Below the pieces are notes generated by a model. It saw only the letters and a program-made list of their open reading frames with translations, had not been told where the DNA came from and did no database searches. From an uncultured delta proteobacterium (lineage in GTDB: Bacteria; Desulfobacterota; Desulfobacteria; Desulfobacterales; SG8-13): a stretch of DNA of 64,000 bases. Below are positions 32,220 through 42,115 of this stretch, piece after piece; positions within the stretch are counted from its first letter, which is position 1, and the number at the start of each line of letters is the position of its first letter. The position numbers were made by a program, and so were the translations under genes. Location of the stretch: NCBI GenBank assembly GCA_963848135.1, contig CAWKCK010000009.1:1-64000 (forward strand), in the 5' to 3' direction.

Positions 32220-32516
32220 ATGGGTTTGAAAAGGTTTGCGTATGTCTTTATCGGCTCAGTCATTCTGAGTCTCATACTCGCACATATATCCAATGCCACC
32301 AGAGCCAAGGGGTTGGAGTTTGTCGTATACTTTACGGCTTTCTTTATGTGCATCGCGGTACTGAAACCGGCGCCAGGGGAAAATAAACTACGTTTGGAGG
32401 GAGATTCTGTAGAGAATACATTTGCATTGATTTTTCTTATTGCGGCGCCGTTCATAGGATCAATTGCATGGTACTCGACAACTATCGCCTATTTTTGGAT
32501 TATTGGAAGTCCATGA
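32220..32516 (+). CDS. Small hypothetical membrane protein
   Basis: 98 aa with about three hydrophobic segments and a GGAGG RBS. Confidence 0.55.
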   Translation: MGLKRFAYVFIGSVILSLILAHISNATRAKGLEFVVYFTAFFMCIAVLKPAPGENKLRLEGDSVENTFALIFLIAAPFIGSIAWYSTTIAYFWIIGSP

Positions 32517-32733
32517 ATTAAAGATCAGCACCGTGGAAAGCCTCAAACTCATAAATTATTCGTCATCATTATAATCCCTCGCCATTTATCACCGCCGTCC
32601 CCTTACTTCCCTTAAGTGAAAGTTTTGTATTGTCACTCCGGCGCATTGCGAATAGTTCTGTCCTCGAATGCGGCCTGAGCCTTGTGATGTTTTGGCGCCG
32701 ATAGAATCCATTCTTTCATGAATCACTTTTCGT

Positions 32734-33255
32734 GTGAACCAGATGAACAAAACGCCTGGAAATCAAAAATGTCTCGGTTTTACGCTCGTTGAGCTCATGG
32801 TGGTCCTCGCGATTATTGCTGTTGTGGTCGTTGTGACCGTATCAAATTTGAGCGCCAGTATACCCCGCTACAAGCTCAGGGGGGCGGTTACCGAAATAGT
32901 ATCGATGCTCCAGTGCGCTCGCTTGCGTGCTGTCAAGGAAAACAGCTTTGTCGTCGTACTTTTCGATCCCGACGGAAACGGTCGCCTCGAGGGCGATTAC
33001 ATCGCCTTTGTCGATAACGGCAGCGGAGGGGCGGGCGACTGGGTCTGGCAGCCAGGAGACGGCGAGGTCTTAATCGCCCGAGGTCGCTTACCTGAAGGCG
33101 TCCATCTCACGCGCACCAGTTTTTCGAAAAACCGATTGCGTTACAACAGCCAGGGGCACCTGATGGGAATAAATCGCAGTATTTACCTGAAGAACTCTGA
33201 TAACTTGACCAGAAAGATCACGGTTTATGCATCCGGCAACATTCGGACCTTCTAA
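32734..33255 (+). CDS. Type IV minor pilin FimT/FimU-like (cassette 1)
   Basis: Prepilin motif G|FTLVELMVVLA; GspH/FimT-like ARLRAVKEN body. Confidence 0.85.
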   Translation: MNQMNKTPGNQKCLGFTLVELMVVLAIIAVVVVVTVSNLSASIPRYKLRGAVTEIVSMLQCARLRAVKENSFVVVLFDPDGNGRLEGDYIAFVDNGSGGAGDWVWQPGDGEVLIARGRLPEGVHLTRTSFSKNRLRYNSQGHLMGINRSIYLKNSDNLTRKITVYASGNIRTF

Positions 33256-33257
33256 TC

Positions 33258-34358
33258 ATGATGCAGGTAAAAAAACCATTGCCGAAAATAAATAATGTAC
33301 CGAGTGACATCGTTCCTAATTACGGTGTTTTTGTCCATCGAGCGGTATCATTGACCGGTATCGGCAGTTGCAAAAGATTACTTTTTTTAGAAAATACTGC
33401 GGAGATACCCGACATAGGCGCGCCGGCACCTGCTTGCGGTGGCTACACCCTGGTAGAACTCTTGGTTGCCTTGGCCGTCACCGGTTTTCTTCTTGCTGCT
33501 GTTTGTCTGGCATTCGGGTCTCAGCAGAAGGCCTTGACGGAACAGGGGATGTCGGTCGACATCCTTCAAAGTAGCCGGGCGGCCTTGAACCTGATGCAGC
33601 ATGATATTCGCATGGCCGGTTTTGATGCCACTTGGAAGGACACCAACGATGACCAGTTGGACGATCGTCGTCTTAAGGATTTGATTGACAACGACTGCGA
33701 CGGTGGTGCCGATAATGACGATCCCGGTTCCGATGAGAACGAAAACCTGGTGCATTTTACCGCTGCTCAAGCCCACTACTTACAATTTCGTCTTGATCGT
33801 CAGAGAGATGGTGACATTTGCGACCCCTCAGATTTGATCGGGTTCGGTTTTTCGCGTACCCGCGATCGCAACCGGGATGGTATCGCCGATGCCGGTGCGG
33901 CCCCTTTAGGGCGCAGTGTCGGCGCCTCGGGCCTGCAACCTCTGGCTGAGGACATCCAGGCCGTGGCTTTCGGGTACGCATTCGATGACGATAATGGGGC
34001 TGCTTTGCCGGACGGAGACATCGACACCGCCGCCGGTAATATTCTTTGGGGGTACGATGCCAACGGTGACGGATATCTGGACACACGACTCGACAGCAAT
34101 AAAGACGGGCTCATTAGTGCTGAGGACGATTTAAACGGGGACGGGCGGCTCAACGATGCGGATTTGACGCCCGCGGTCCCCATCCGCCGGGTTCGTGCGG
34201 TATCGATTTGGATGTTGGCACGCACCAGAGCACCCCTGCGAGGACGCCATGATGCGGCGACCTATGTGGTGGGTAACAAGATCATTTCTCCTTTGGACCG
34301 GTACAAGCGGGAGTTGATGACGGCGATTGTTTACTGCCGCAACCTTGGGTTGCGTTAG
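33258..34358 (+). CDS. Type IV minor pilin PilW-like (cassette 1); start uncertain
   Basis: G|YTLVELLVALA, DIRMAG motif, C-terminal RNLGLR. Confidence 0.8.
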   Translation: MMQVKKPLPKINNVPSDIVPNYGVFVHRAVSLTGIGSCKRLLFLENTAEIPDIGAPAPACGGYTLVELLVALAVTGFLLAAVCLAFGSQQKALTEQGMSVDILQSSRAALNLMQHDIRMAGFDATWKDTNDDQLDDRRLKDLIDNDCDGGADNDDPGSDENENLVHFTAAQAHYLQFRLDRQRDGDICDPSDLIGFGFSRTRDRNRDGIADAGAAPLGRSVGASGLQPLAEDIQAVAFGYAFDDDNGAALPDGDIDTAAGNILWGYDANGDGYLDTRLDSNKDGLISAEDDLNGDGRLNDADLTPAVPIRRVRAVSIWMLARTRAPLRGRHDAATYVVGNKIISPLDRYKRELMTAIVYCRNLGLR

Positions 34359-34499
34359 TTCCCGTCGACAAATAGCCCTTTTTCGCCATTTCGGTGTCAA
34401 TCGTCGGAATCGTTTGTGCGGCGCACATCATTGCGCCTCCACATAATTTTTCGAAAACCTTGACTATGCGTAAAAATGCTTATTTCTGGATCAAAAACT
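34357..34499 (-). repeat. Palindromic dispersed element, same family as 8903-9047
   Basis: Reverse complement agtttttgatccagaaataagcattttt...caagg...aggcgca...aaaaagggctatttgtcgacgggaact parallels the 8903 copy. Confidence 0.6.
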
Positions 34500-34551
34500 T
34501 CGTATCGGTTCACAGGGTTGCATCGTCCAATGTGCTTAAGGCCACAGAATA

Positions 34552-34659
34552 GTAAGCGTTTACAGGGTGCCGCAGATGCAAGGCGTCAGGCGCGCAGACG
34601 TACTTTTGTACTTCAAGTGCTCGACAACAAAGCAGATGCGGTGCCCTGTGAATGCTTAC
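34552..34659 (+). repeat. Palindromic dispersed element (CAAGGCG...CGTAC core)
   Basis: IR gtaagcgtttacagggtgccgca / tgcggtgccctgtgaatgcttac. Confidence 0.7.
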
Positions 34660-34744
34660 AAAACTCCTTTGTGTCTTACAGGAATTCGTGGTTGGGCACT
34701 CGCTATTCCCAGTGCGAAAGGGCAAATCGTTGAAGGACCAAGAC

Positions 34745-35161
34745 ATGGAACGTTTTCTCGCCACATTGCTCGATTTATCTAATGAAAATAATCCCGCGGG
34801 TTTTACGATGATAGAAGTACTGGTGGCCTTGGCTCTGTTTATGTTCGGCATCCTCTCTTTAACGGGGTTGCAGGCCGCCTGCATCAGCGGCAATGCTTCG
34901 GCTCGGTTACAGACCGAGGCGACGGCGATTGGAACACAGATGGTCGAACAGCTTCGAATGCTTCCCGGAGACCATCCCGATCTCGATGCGAACGGCAATC
35001 CGCATGAACTGAAAATAAATGGATTCCAATCGTATACGGTGCGTTGGCAGATTACAGACAGCGCCGCGGACACCAAAATAAAAGCGGTGAGCGTCACTGT
35101 TATACCGGATAACCGGGTCAACGGAAAAGCTGTGGTGATTAGCACCCTACTGGCCAGATAA
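34745..35161 (+). CDS. Type IV minor pilin PilV-like (cassette 1)
   Basis: G|FTMIEVLVALALF, GLQ; AAGGA RBS before ATG 34745. Confidence 0.85.
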   Translation: MERFLATLLDLSNENNPAGFTMIEVLVALALFMFGILSLTGLQAACISGNASARLQTEATAIGTQMVEQLRMLPGDHPDLDANGNPHELKINGFQSYTVRWQITDSAADTKIKAVSVTVIPDNRVNGKAVVISTLLAR

Positions 35162-35174
35162 AGGAGTGGAAAAC

Positions 35175-35819
35175 ATGCGATATGAGCTGCCATCAGTCGG
35201 CAACGAGACAGGATCGGTACTCGTGGTCACAATCATGATTTTGGCTTTGATGACGATAGTGGCGTTCACCGCTGTGCAGAGCAGCACGGTCGAGGTGGAG
35301 ATATCAGGCAATCAACTGTTACACCAGAAGTATTTCTTTGCGGCCGAGGCCGGGATCGAACATGCCGTCAATAGACTGAGAGAAGAGTTCATTGTGGCCA
35401 ATACGGGTTCGTTAGGTCATGGGATGGACGCCGGCTGGAATTTTGCTTTTGCCGGAGGTGATTGGGTGACAGGCACTGCGGACGATGCCATCGACGCAGA
35501 TGATGATGGATTAGGCAGTTATTCGGAGAGTGCCGTGTGGATCGAGACCACTGCGTTCGGGAAGGTCACTTACCGGGTATTGCTATGGAATAACGATGAT
35601 ACAGAATTGGGGGGTTCTTATCGAGACGACCGGGACGGGCTGATATGGGTCCGCTGCGATGCCACGGGTCCCAGGGGCGGGGAGGTGAGCATCCAGGTGT
35701 TGCTACAGGGGAAAGAAGACGGCCCGGCAATCGTCGACTACACGGCCCAAGCCGGTGCCGGGAACAATTTTGTCTCGGACGATCTGGAGCCGATTACAGA
35801 TTTTTCACGACAGATGTGA
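35175..35819 (+). CDS. Type IV minor pilin PilX-like (cassette 1)
   Basis: G|SVLVVTIMIL lacking E5, FFAAEAG motif. Confidence 0.85.
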   Translation: MRYELPSVGNETGSVLVVTIMILALMTIVAFTAVQSSTVEVEISGNQLLHQKYFFAAEAGIEHAVNRLREEFIVANTGSLGHGMDAGWNFAFAGGDWVTGTADDAIDADDDGLGSYSESAVWIETTAFGKVTYRVLLWNNDDTELGGSYRDDRDGLIWVRCDATGPRGGEVSIQVLLQGKEDGPAIVDYTAQAGAGNNFVSDDLEPITDFSRQM

Positions 35820-35842
35820 CCTTACTGAAAGGACATTTACGA

Positions 35843-38800
35843 ATGAAATGTGATATCGGGAAGCAAACAGGAAGACAGAGTTTGAGGGCGATCATGTCAC
35901 TGGCAATTCCCTTCGTGTTTCTGATCGTCCTTCCGATTTCTGCAGATGAAGCACTACCGGGTTTTACGGCCCTCACTGACACTGATTTAGCGGTCCCGGG
36001 TGATATTCCACAGGAAAGGATGGGTTGCGGAGCCAATGTGTCAGCCCATTACACCGGCGGGTTCGATCCGCAACACTTTGACAGGGTCAACGTGGATGTC
36101 GACGAGCGGGGGTACCTTTCCCTGAATTCTGCCGACCTGAGCGGACGACCGGGCAAGATGGTCATCCCGTTCGAGCAGGAGGTTTATGTTCATTTCATTT
36201 CCGAGACGTCCGGATACACGCCCGATCTGGGCTGGATGCTCTATGCCGACAGCGTTGACGAAAACGCTACTTTTCGCGGATGGCGCAGCATCGATGCGAA
36301 AAACAAACACTACATTTATCGGCATGTTGCCGACAATGAAACCAGTGCCGTTTGCTGCGGCAGCGGTGACGGCATCCTGGATACCGACTACGGCACCGGT
36401 GATTTTCCGACCGGTAGCGAAACTGCCCTGGCCGGTTACGACGACGGGAGCGGAACGAAGTTTTTGATCGACCGGGATGGTAGTGTCACACCCCGGGACA
36501 TGAAAAAACGGATCGGCCGGTTTGCCACCGGTAGCGAGATCGTCTTCTTTCTGGCGATCGACAGGGCGAGCGGGTCTCTGGAAGATCAGCGGGTGTATTT
36601 CAACAAACCCTGGAGCCAAGATGTCTATGAAGCCTGCCTGCCGACAGACGGTAGTCCCCTCTGGGCTGACCAAGACAGGGGGATATTTCACAAGCTCTAT
36701 CATCTGGGTGACGCCCGTGTGCACAATACCTGTCTCACGGAAACAAATTGGTTGGCACGACCGGTAATCGATCGCTTATTCGATGATTTTGATCTGCGTC
36801 TTTTCGGAGATTACCGTTTACCCCTGATCGTTGGGGAACCTTTTCCCCACATGATCGGCGGGCCGTCGGAAGGAAATACCAACCAGTGGGTTTATGGATT
36901 CGAAGATGGTGAAACCACAGCCGGTGCGGCGGACATGGATTTCAGCGATGTGGCGTTCCTGATTGACCGGCCAACCGGTGGTTCGGCGGCACTGAACCTG
37001 TCACAAGTTATAAGAACCGGGGATGTTGATGCCTTTTTTACGTCGCTTGACCTGGAAGTATGCGACTATCAACCCGCGGGAAAGTGTGCCGAAAGGACCT
37101 CACTGACCTATTTTGTATCCGTTGACCTTGGATCCACCTGGATTGCCGTGCACCGTTGGGACAGCGGTTATTTGATCTCCCTGACTCCAGAAGGCGCCAT
37201 CTTAAGAGGCCATGCCATTGATTCGGTGGCCTTAGACGCACAGGACCACGAATATACCTGCCGCAAACGGCGGATAGACCTGATTAAAAGAGGCCTTACC
37301 GGCAATCAGCTGCTGTGGAAAGTTGAAACCAAGAGCGCCAGTCACGATTGTTCACCCCAGGTACTGGGGGTGCAGATCGACGCTGCGACAGCAACAAATC
37401 TTTTCATTCCTGCTGCTGCCCCCGTGGTACAAACCAACGTGATTTATACGGGATCGGTCGAGACACCGGTCAACGGGTGGAAAGACAATTCCATCCACGG
37501 ACACTTGACCGCCAGAGAGATTTATCATCCGGCCCAGCCGGATCGAACCCTGCCTGAAGAACACATTCTCTGGGATGCCGGTGAGGTCCTGGCGGGCTCG
37601 GATCCTGATAAACGAATGATTTTCTTCCCGGATATCGATGCCCATCGCGTTCTTAATGAACATTTGGTCGATGATAGCGGTCGGGAAATATACGGTGACG
37701 GCATCCGAACCACTTTCAATGGTGTTTTCGCGTATCAACCGGTTCTGGGAACCTCGGTACGGATATACGACGGTCGCCCGGAGGTGTTTAGCGACCAGGC
37801 GCCTCTATCGTTATCAGGAAGCTTTGGCGGCACCGGTGTCGTCGATTACGCTTCAGGCAAATGGGCGCTACGGTTCAGCCACCCACCGGCTGCCGGCGTG
37901 CCAGTCATGGCCGATTACAGCTGGTATACTCTGCGTCGATCGAAGAAAATGTTTCAGCCGGGGGAGGTGACCAACGCGATACTGGCCCTGTCGGATGAAT
38001 ATGTCTGGCCGGACGGATTTGTACATGATTTCAACGGGGACGACGTTTTCGACACAACGGTTCGGCAGACCGACGCCGAATGGCTGGTTCAGTGGACCCG
38101 GGGCTATCGTCGGCCGGAAGAATACCTTAAGAAGGACTGGCTGCTGACAGGAACCGGGCCATCAGTTCCGGCACTTATGGTGCCACCCGGACACCCCCGG
38201 TGGCTTTCGGGAACCGCGGTGACAGACGATGAACGGCAGGTTTATGCCGAATTCTGGGAGGCCCAAAAAGAACGGGATAGTGTCTTGTTTGTTGGATCCG
38301 GTGGTGGTTTTTTGCATGCCTTGGATGCGGGCAAATTCCGTTACGGAGACAACCCGGAAACCCCCCTTATCAGAGAAAACCGCGGTTACTTTGCATGGTC
38401 GCCCAAGACAGTCGACAGCCCGTCTTACTGTGAAAATTACAATGGAGCCAAATGCCCCGACTACGGCTCGGGAAAGGAGATGTGGGCCTTTGTTCCCGCC
38501 GGCGTGTTGCCGCACCTCAAAAATAATGTGCTAAGCGACGGTAACTGGCTTTCCGTGGAGATCTCGCCAATGATATCGGATGTCTTCATCGATACCGACG
38601 GTGATGGCCGCAGTGATTCCTGGCGCACCGTGCTCGTCGGCACCGTGGGCAACTCCGCATTCGGTGTTTTCTGCCTGGATGTGACCGATCCCCAGGAACC
38701 GGCTTTTCTGTGGGAAAAACCTCTTTCAGAATTCAATCGTGAAAGAATTTCACCGGCGGTGGCGCGGGTCGGACGGATTCGTGATCCGCAGGCCGGTGAA

Positions 38801-39736
38801 CCCACCTGGACCGTGTTTATAAGCTCGGGTAGACCGGCAAAAGGAAATTATCCCGCTGTTTACCTGCTCGATATATCCAATGGAAATTTGATTCGGAAGA
38901 TTTCGTTAGATGCAACAGTCGATCTGAACGCGGATGGGATGTTGGATGCCGATGAAACCGATTACGGGCACGGAGGGATTCTCAGCGGTCAGCCGGCGAT
39001 CGTCGATACGGATTACAATGGATTTATCGACCGTGTATACGTGGGATCGTCGCGCGGGTTGATATACAAAATCAATATTCCGGATGATGATCAAGATGTG
39101 GGATTGGGGTATTCCAATTGTGTGATCAATACCGATTTCACCGATGCCAACGGGCGGTCCATTTCTTCTGATCAGCGTTGGCAGCCAATTTATGCTTCCC
39201 CGGCGGTTACGGTTGAATCTGGGTTGGCTGGAAACGGGGAAATAACCCCTCTTGTGCGGCTGTTAGTGGGGACCGGCGACAGTCCGCATCAAGCTGATAT
39301 GATCGAAGGCGCTCTAGCTCAGAATATGTTCTTCGCCTTTGTCGATGAGACTGACATCGGTGGGTGTGATAAGGATGAACACCGGCTTGACTGGTTTGTC
39401 GAATTGCCGGAAAATCACCGCGTTACCACATCTGCATTTATATCCGCCGGGCGGGTGTATTTAGGTACCGCCACATCCGACACCGCAGACGTTTGTAGTG
39501 GGTCGACCCCTGTGGATGATGCGGAAGGTTATCTTTCCGTTTTTGATCTTGAGGGTACGGACATTATTTCCGGTAGGTTAGGGGATGTTCGTTTTGACCC
39601 GTTGGTTGCGGATGAGCATATCTATCTCATGATGCCATCCGGACTTCGATCTCTGGGTAGTGGTATTTACAACAATAAGTTGATGTCATTTTCGCAACCG
39701 GAGGCTGCTGTCCGGTCATGGGAAGAGGTGAGGTAG
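35843..39736 (+). CDS. PilY1/PilC-like tip adhesin with DUF4114-like domain (cassette 1)
   Basis: Signal peptide; GFED...DMDFSDVAF; beta-propeller motifs FLHA, EMWAFVP, FCLDVTDP, DRVYVG; C-terminal RSWEE; start at ATG 35843. Confidence 0.82.
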   Translation: MKCDIGKQTGRQSLRAIMSLAIPFVFLIVLPISADEALPGFTALTDTDLAVPGDIPQERMGCGANVSAHYTGGFDPQHFDRVNVDVDERGYLSLNSADLSGRPGKMVIPFEQEVYVHFISETSGYTPDLGWMLYADSVDENATFRGWRSIDAKNKHYIYRHVADNETSAVCCGSGDGILDTDYGTGDFPTGSETALAGYDDGSGTKFLIDRDGSVTPRDMKKRIGRFATGSEIVFFLAIDRASGSLEDQRVYFNKPWSQDVYEACLPTDGSPLWADQDRGIFHKLYHLGDARVHNTCLTETNWLARPVIDRLFDDFDLRLFGDYRLPLIVGEPFPHMIGGPSEGNTNQWVYGFEDGETTAGAADMDFSDVAFLIDRPTGGSAALNLSQVIRTGDVDAFFTSLDLEVCDYQPAGKCAERTSLTYFVSVDLGSTWIAVHRWDSGYLISLTPEGAILRGHAIDSVALDAQDHEYTCRKRRIDLIKRGLTGNQLLWKVETKSASHDCSPQVLGVQIDAATATNLFIPAAAPVVQTNVIYTGSVETPVNGWKDNSIHGHLTAREIYHPAQPDRTLPEEHILWDAGEVLAGSDPDKRMIFFPDIDAHRVLNEHLVDDSGREIYGDGIRTTFNGVFAYQPVLGTSVRIYDGRPEVFSDQAPLSLSGSFGGTGVVDYASGKWALRFSHPPAAGVPVMADYSWYTLRRSKKMFQPGEVTNAILALSDEYVWPDGFVHDFNGDDVFDTTVRQTDAEWLVQWTRGYRRPEEYLKKDWLLTGTGPSVPALMVPPGHPRWLSGTAVTDDERQVYAEFWEAQKERDSVLFVGSGGGFLHALDAGKFRYGDNPETPLIRENRGYFAWSPKTVDSPSYCENYNGAKCPDYGSGKEMWAFVPAGVLPHLKNNVLSDGNWLSVEISPMISDVFIDTDGDGRSDSWRTVLVGTVGNSAFGVFCLDVTDPQEPAFLWEKPLSEFNRERISPAVARVGRIRDPQAGEPTWTVFISSGRPAKGNYPAVYLLDISNGNLIRKISLDATVDLNADGMLDADETDYGHGGILSGQPAIVDTDYNGFIDRVYVGSSRGLIYKINIPDDDQDVGLGYSNCVINTDFTDANGRSISSDQRWQPIYASPAVTVESGLAGNGEITPLVRLLVGTGDSPHQADMIEGALAQNMFFAFVDETDIGGCDKDEHRLDWFVELPENHRVTTSAFISAGRVYLGTATSDTADVCSGSTPVDDAEGYLSVFDLEGTDIISGRLGDVRFDPLVADEHIYLMMPSGLRSLGSGIYNNKLMSFSQPEAAVRSWEEVR

Positions 39737-39760
39737 AAATGTAAGGATATGGACTTCCAA

Positions 39761-39801
39761 TGGTAAAGGGCAGATTTTCAATTGAATCTGCCCTTTTACC
39801 A
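39761..39801. terminator. Bidirectional terminator between convergent genes
   Basis: tggtaaagggcagatt...aatctgcccttttacca hairpin. Confidence 0.7.
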
Positions 39802-39838
39802 ATTTATGTCAATATCGTTTTCAATTATTCATTATTTT

Positions 39839-40582
39839 TCAATAATATAGATTGCCCATACAGGTATCCCCAACTTCATCAGCTGAGGTGCCATCCGGGC
39901 ATATTGCAACACCATCCCAAGGACTGCTCCAAACTACCCCATCAAGGACTGCCCCTTCCAGATTAGCGCCTTCTAGGTTAGCACCACTGAATTCGACATT
40001 GGTTAAAACAGCACCCGAAAAATTAGCACCGATAAGTTGAGCCATTATAAATCGGGCATTACTAAGGTTTGCACCAGAAAAATTCGTTTTGTAGAAATAG
40101 CCTCTATTGAAAATGGAATTAGCAAGGTAAGCTCCTGCAAAAAGGCTATTCTCGCCACCGCTATCTTCATTCACGCTACTGAGAGTCTTGCTAGCGGCCA
40201 CCGTCGTGTCATCATTGGCCCACTCTACGGAATTGGAGAAATTACACCCCGGGCATATGAACCGAGCATTTACTCCTGCAGGCCCCTGTGGTCCCCGAGG
40301 TCCCATTGGTCCGGGTTCGCCCGTGTCACCTTTAGGTCCGACCGGTCCTTCAGGTCCTGGCACCCCATTCACCTTGATATCGTTAAGCTTTCTTTCCAAT
40401 CGGGCCACTTTTTTGTTTGTTTTTGCAATTTTATATTGCAGATTGCCAACGGCCTTCCACAGGCTGCTAAAAGGATTGTACCACTTGTGATACGACTTGT
40501 GCGAGCCCGCTTGGGCAGATGTTGTCATAAAAACGAACATCAACAAAATCACAAAGATGTAGGTTACTCTTTTATTCATCAT
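39839..40582 (-). CDS. Secreted collagen-like / pentapeptide-repeat protein
   Basis: Signal peptide (AQA), coiled coil, about 11 G-X-Y triplets, CPGC, A(N/D)L-type pentapeptides, C-terminal CPDG..C. Confidence 0.85.
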   Translation of the reverse strand: MMNKRVTYIFVILLMFVFMTTSAQAGSHKSYHKWYNPFSSLWKAVGNLQYKIAKTNKKVARLERKLNDIKVNGVPGPEGPVGPKGDTGEPGPMGPRGPQGPAGVNARFICPGCNFSNSVEWANDDTTVAASKTLSSVNEDSGGENSLFAGAYLANSIFNRGYFYKTNFSGANLSNARFIMAQLIGANFSGAVLTNVEFSGANLEGANLEGAVLDGVVWSSPWDGVAICPDGTSADEVGDTCMGNLYY

Positions 40583-40920
40583 AACTCCGACCTCCTTTCC
40601 TTCCTTTTCTTTATCGTTCCGGTATAAAAACTGGTCTCCCTAAACCGTCATCGTCAATTTGCTTTCGGCCACAATTGTGCAAATACCATGCAAATCTAAT
40701 ATTTTTTTTTCACCTCTATAAATATTTAATGAGGTTTCAATGTCTTATCATCTTTCCCTCGTACAATTCTCTTCCTTCCGTTGCCAAATCTGTGGGATAA
40801 ATCAACCCGAATTTGTCAGTTTTAAGGCCGTAATTTGTCATGATTTCAGATACTTGTAATACATGATTGTAGTACAATCGGTGTTACATTCAACTACACT
40901 ATCCGTTGCGCCACGGCTAA

Positions 40921-41237
40921 CCCGGAAATTTCATCAATTGGAAGCTTTTATGGCCAGTCGCACACCTTCAACCAAATGATCAGATGTGTGATCCCGCATC
41001 GCCGGAGGCATTTCGAGGTGATGCTGTAGTCAGTCTACTGCGATCTTAGAATAATCACGCTATAGGATGACCATGGGAGCCCCCGGTTGACCCGAAGGGT
41101 GCAATCTTTTCAGCTCTTTCATTAGATATTGGGGAGATACAAAGTGTCCCTCGGTTATACGGTTCATGAGTATGACCAATACCCAGATATGGCTCCTTTT
41201 TTTCTGCTTGATGGAAAGATTTCATGAAATATTCGGG
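40921..41237. mobile_element. Non-autonomous IS-derived MITE
   Basis: IRs cccggaaatttcat / atgaaatattcggg (12 of 14 match) flanked by CTAA direct repeats (40917-40920, 41238-41241); no transposase ORF. Confidence 0.65.
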
Positions 41238-41551
41238 CTAAAGAATCGGGCCGACACGACGATAATATATGAGGGTCTATACATCCTTATATAAGCACAA
41301 GGCCACGAGCTGGAGGTCCTTACGCAGGTATTAAAAGTTTTAAGAGTTACATAAAAAATTTTTACAGTTGACAGCCGACGGTGTGCATTTGGCGGGCCTC
41401 CTTTTGAGATAATATTGGCATCAGATTGAATATAAGTTACTGTAAATATGTATAAAAAATTAATTTTCCAATCGAAACGCGAGGACTAGGCTTTAACTGG
41501 CATGTTTTTTGGATCCCAAACGGTCCAGGCAATAATCAAGAGAGGAATGTC

Positions 41552-42040
41552 ATGCGTAAAAACTCAGGCTTTACAATAATGGAACTGGCGGTGGTCATCG
41601 CACTGATTGGTATTTTGTCGGCCATTGCCGTTCCGGCATTTGTCAACTGGTTACCCAAATTCAGGCTCACTAACGGGGTCAACCATATACACGCCATTAT
41701 ACAGGACGCACGGTTGCAGGCCGTAAAAGAAAACGGCCGTGTCGCCGTGCTGCTCGACCCGGATGGGGACGGACAGCTCGATGGCAACTATTTGGTATTT
41801 ATCGATGGCAACATGAACTGGAATCTCGATGGCGGCGAGACGGCACTTGCTGAAGGTGAAGTGCGGGCCGGTGTTCGCTTGACTGACACCGGCTTTGCCA
41901 ACGATCGGTTCGGATTCAACAGTCGCGGTCTTCGGGTTGTCAGCGGTGCCCCAAGTGACAACACCATTACCCTGAGCAATTCGGAAGGTCGAACGAAAAG
42001 TGTGACAATTGAAATTACCGGAAACCCGCACATCAATTAA
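41552..42040 (+). CDS. Type IV minor pilin FimT/FimU-like (cassette 2)
   Basis: G|FTIMELAVVIALIGILSAIAVP, ARLQAVKEN. Confidence 0.88.
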   Translation: MRKNSGFTIMELAVVIALIGILSAIAVPAFVNWLPKFRLTNGVNHIHAIIQDARLQAVKENGRVAVLLDPDGDGQLDGNYLVFIDGNMNWNLDGGETALAEGEVRAGVRLTDTGFANDRFGFNSRGLRVVSGAPSDNTITLSNSEGRTKSVTIEITGNPHIN

Positions 42041-42115
42041 AGTTGCGATCTTGATTTCTTCGGCGCCGCAACAGGCGCCGGTGTTTGAGGTCGTATCCGG
42101 ACACCGATTCTAAAG

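Noticed and set aside
35645..35842. N-terminal extensions in the ORF track for PilY1-1 (also uppS, dxr, folC, pilV1)
   Set aside because: They overlap upstream genes, terminators or repeats; downstream starts fit the RBS or family N-terminus better
40676..40694. sigma54 promoter for the collagen/pentapeptide gene
   Set aside because: The minus strand reads TTGCATGGTATTTGCA and lacks the invariant GG at -24, so it is too weak to call
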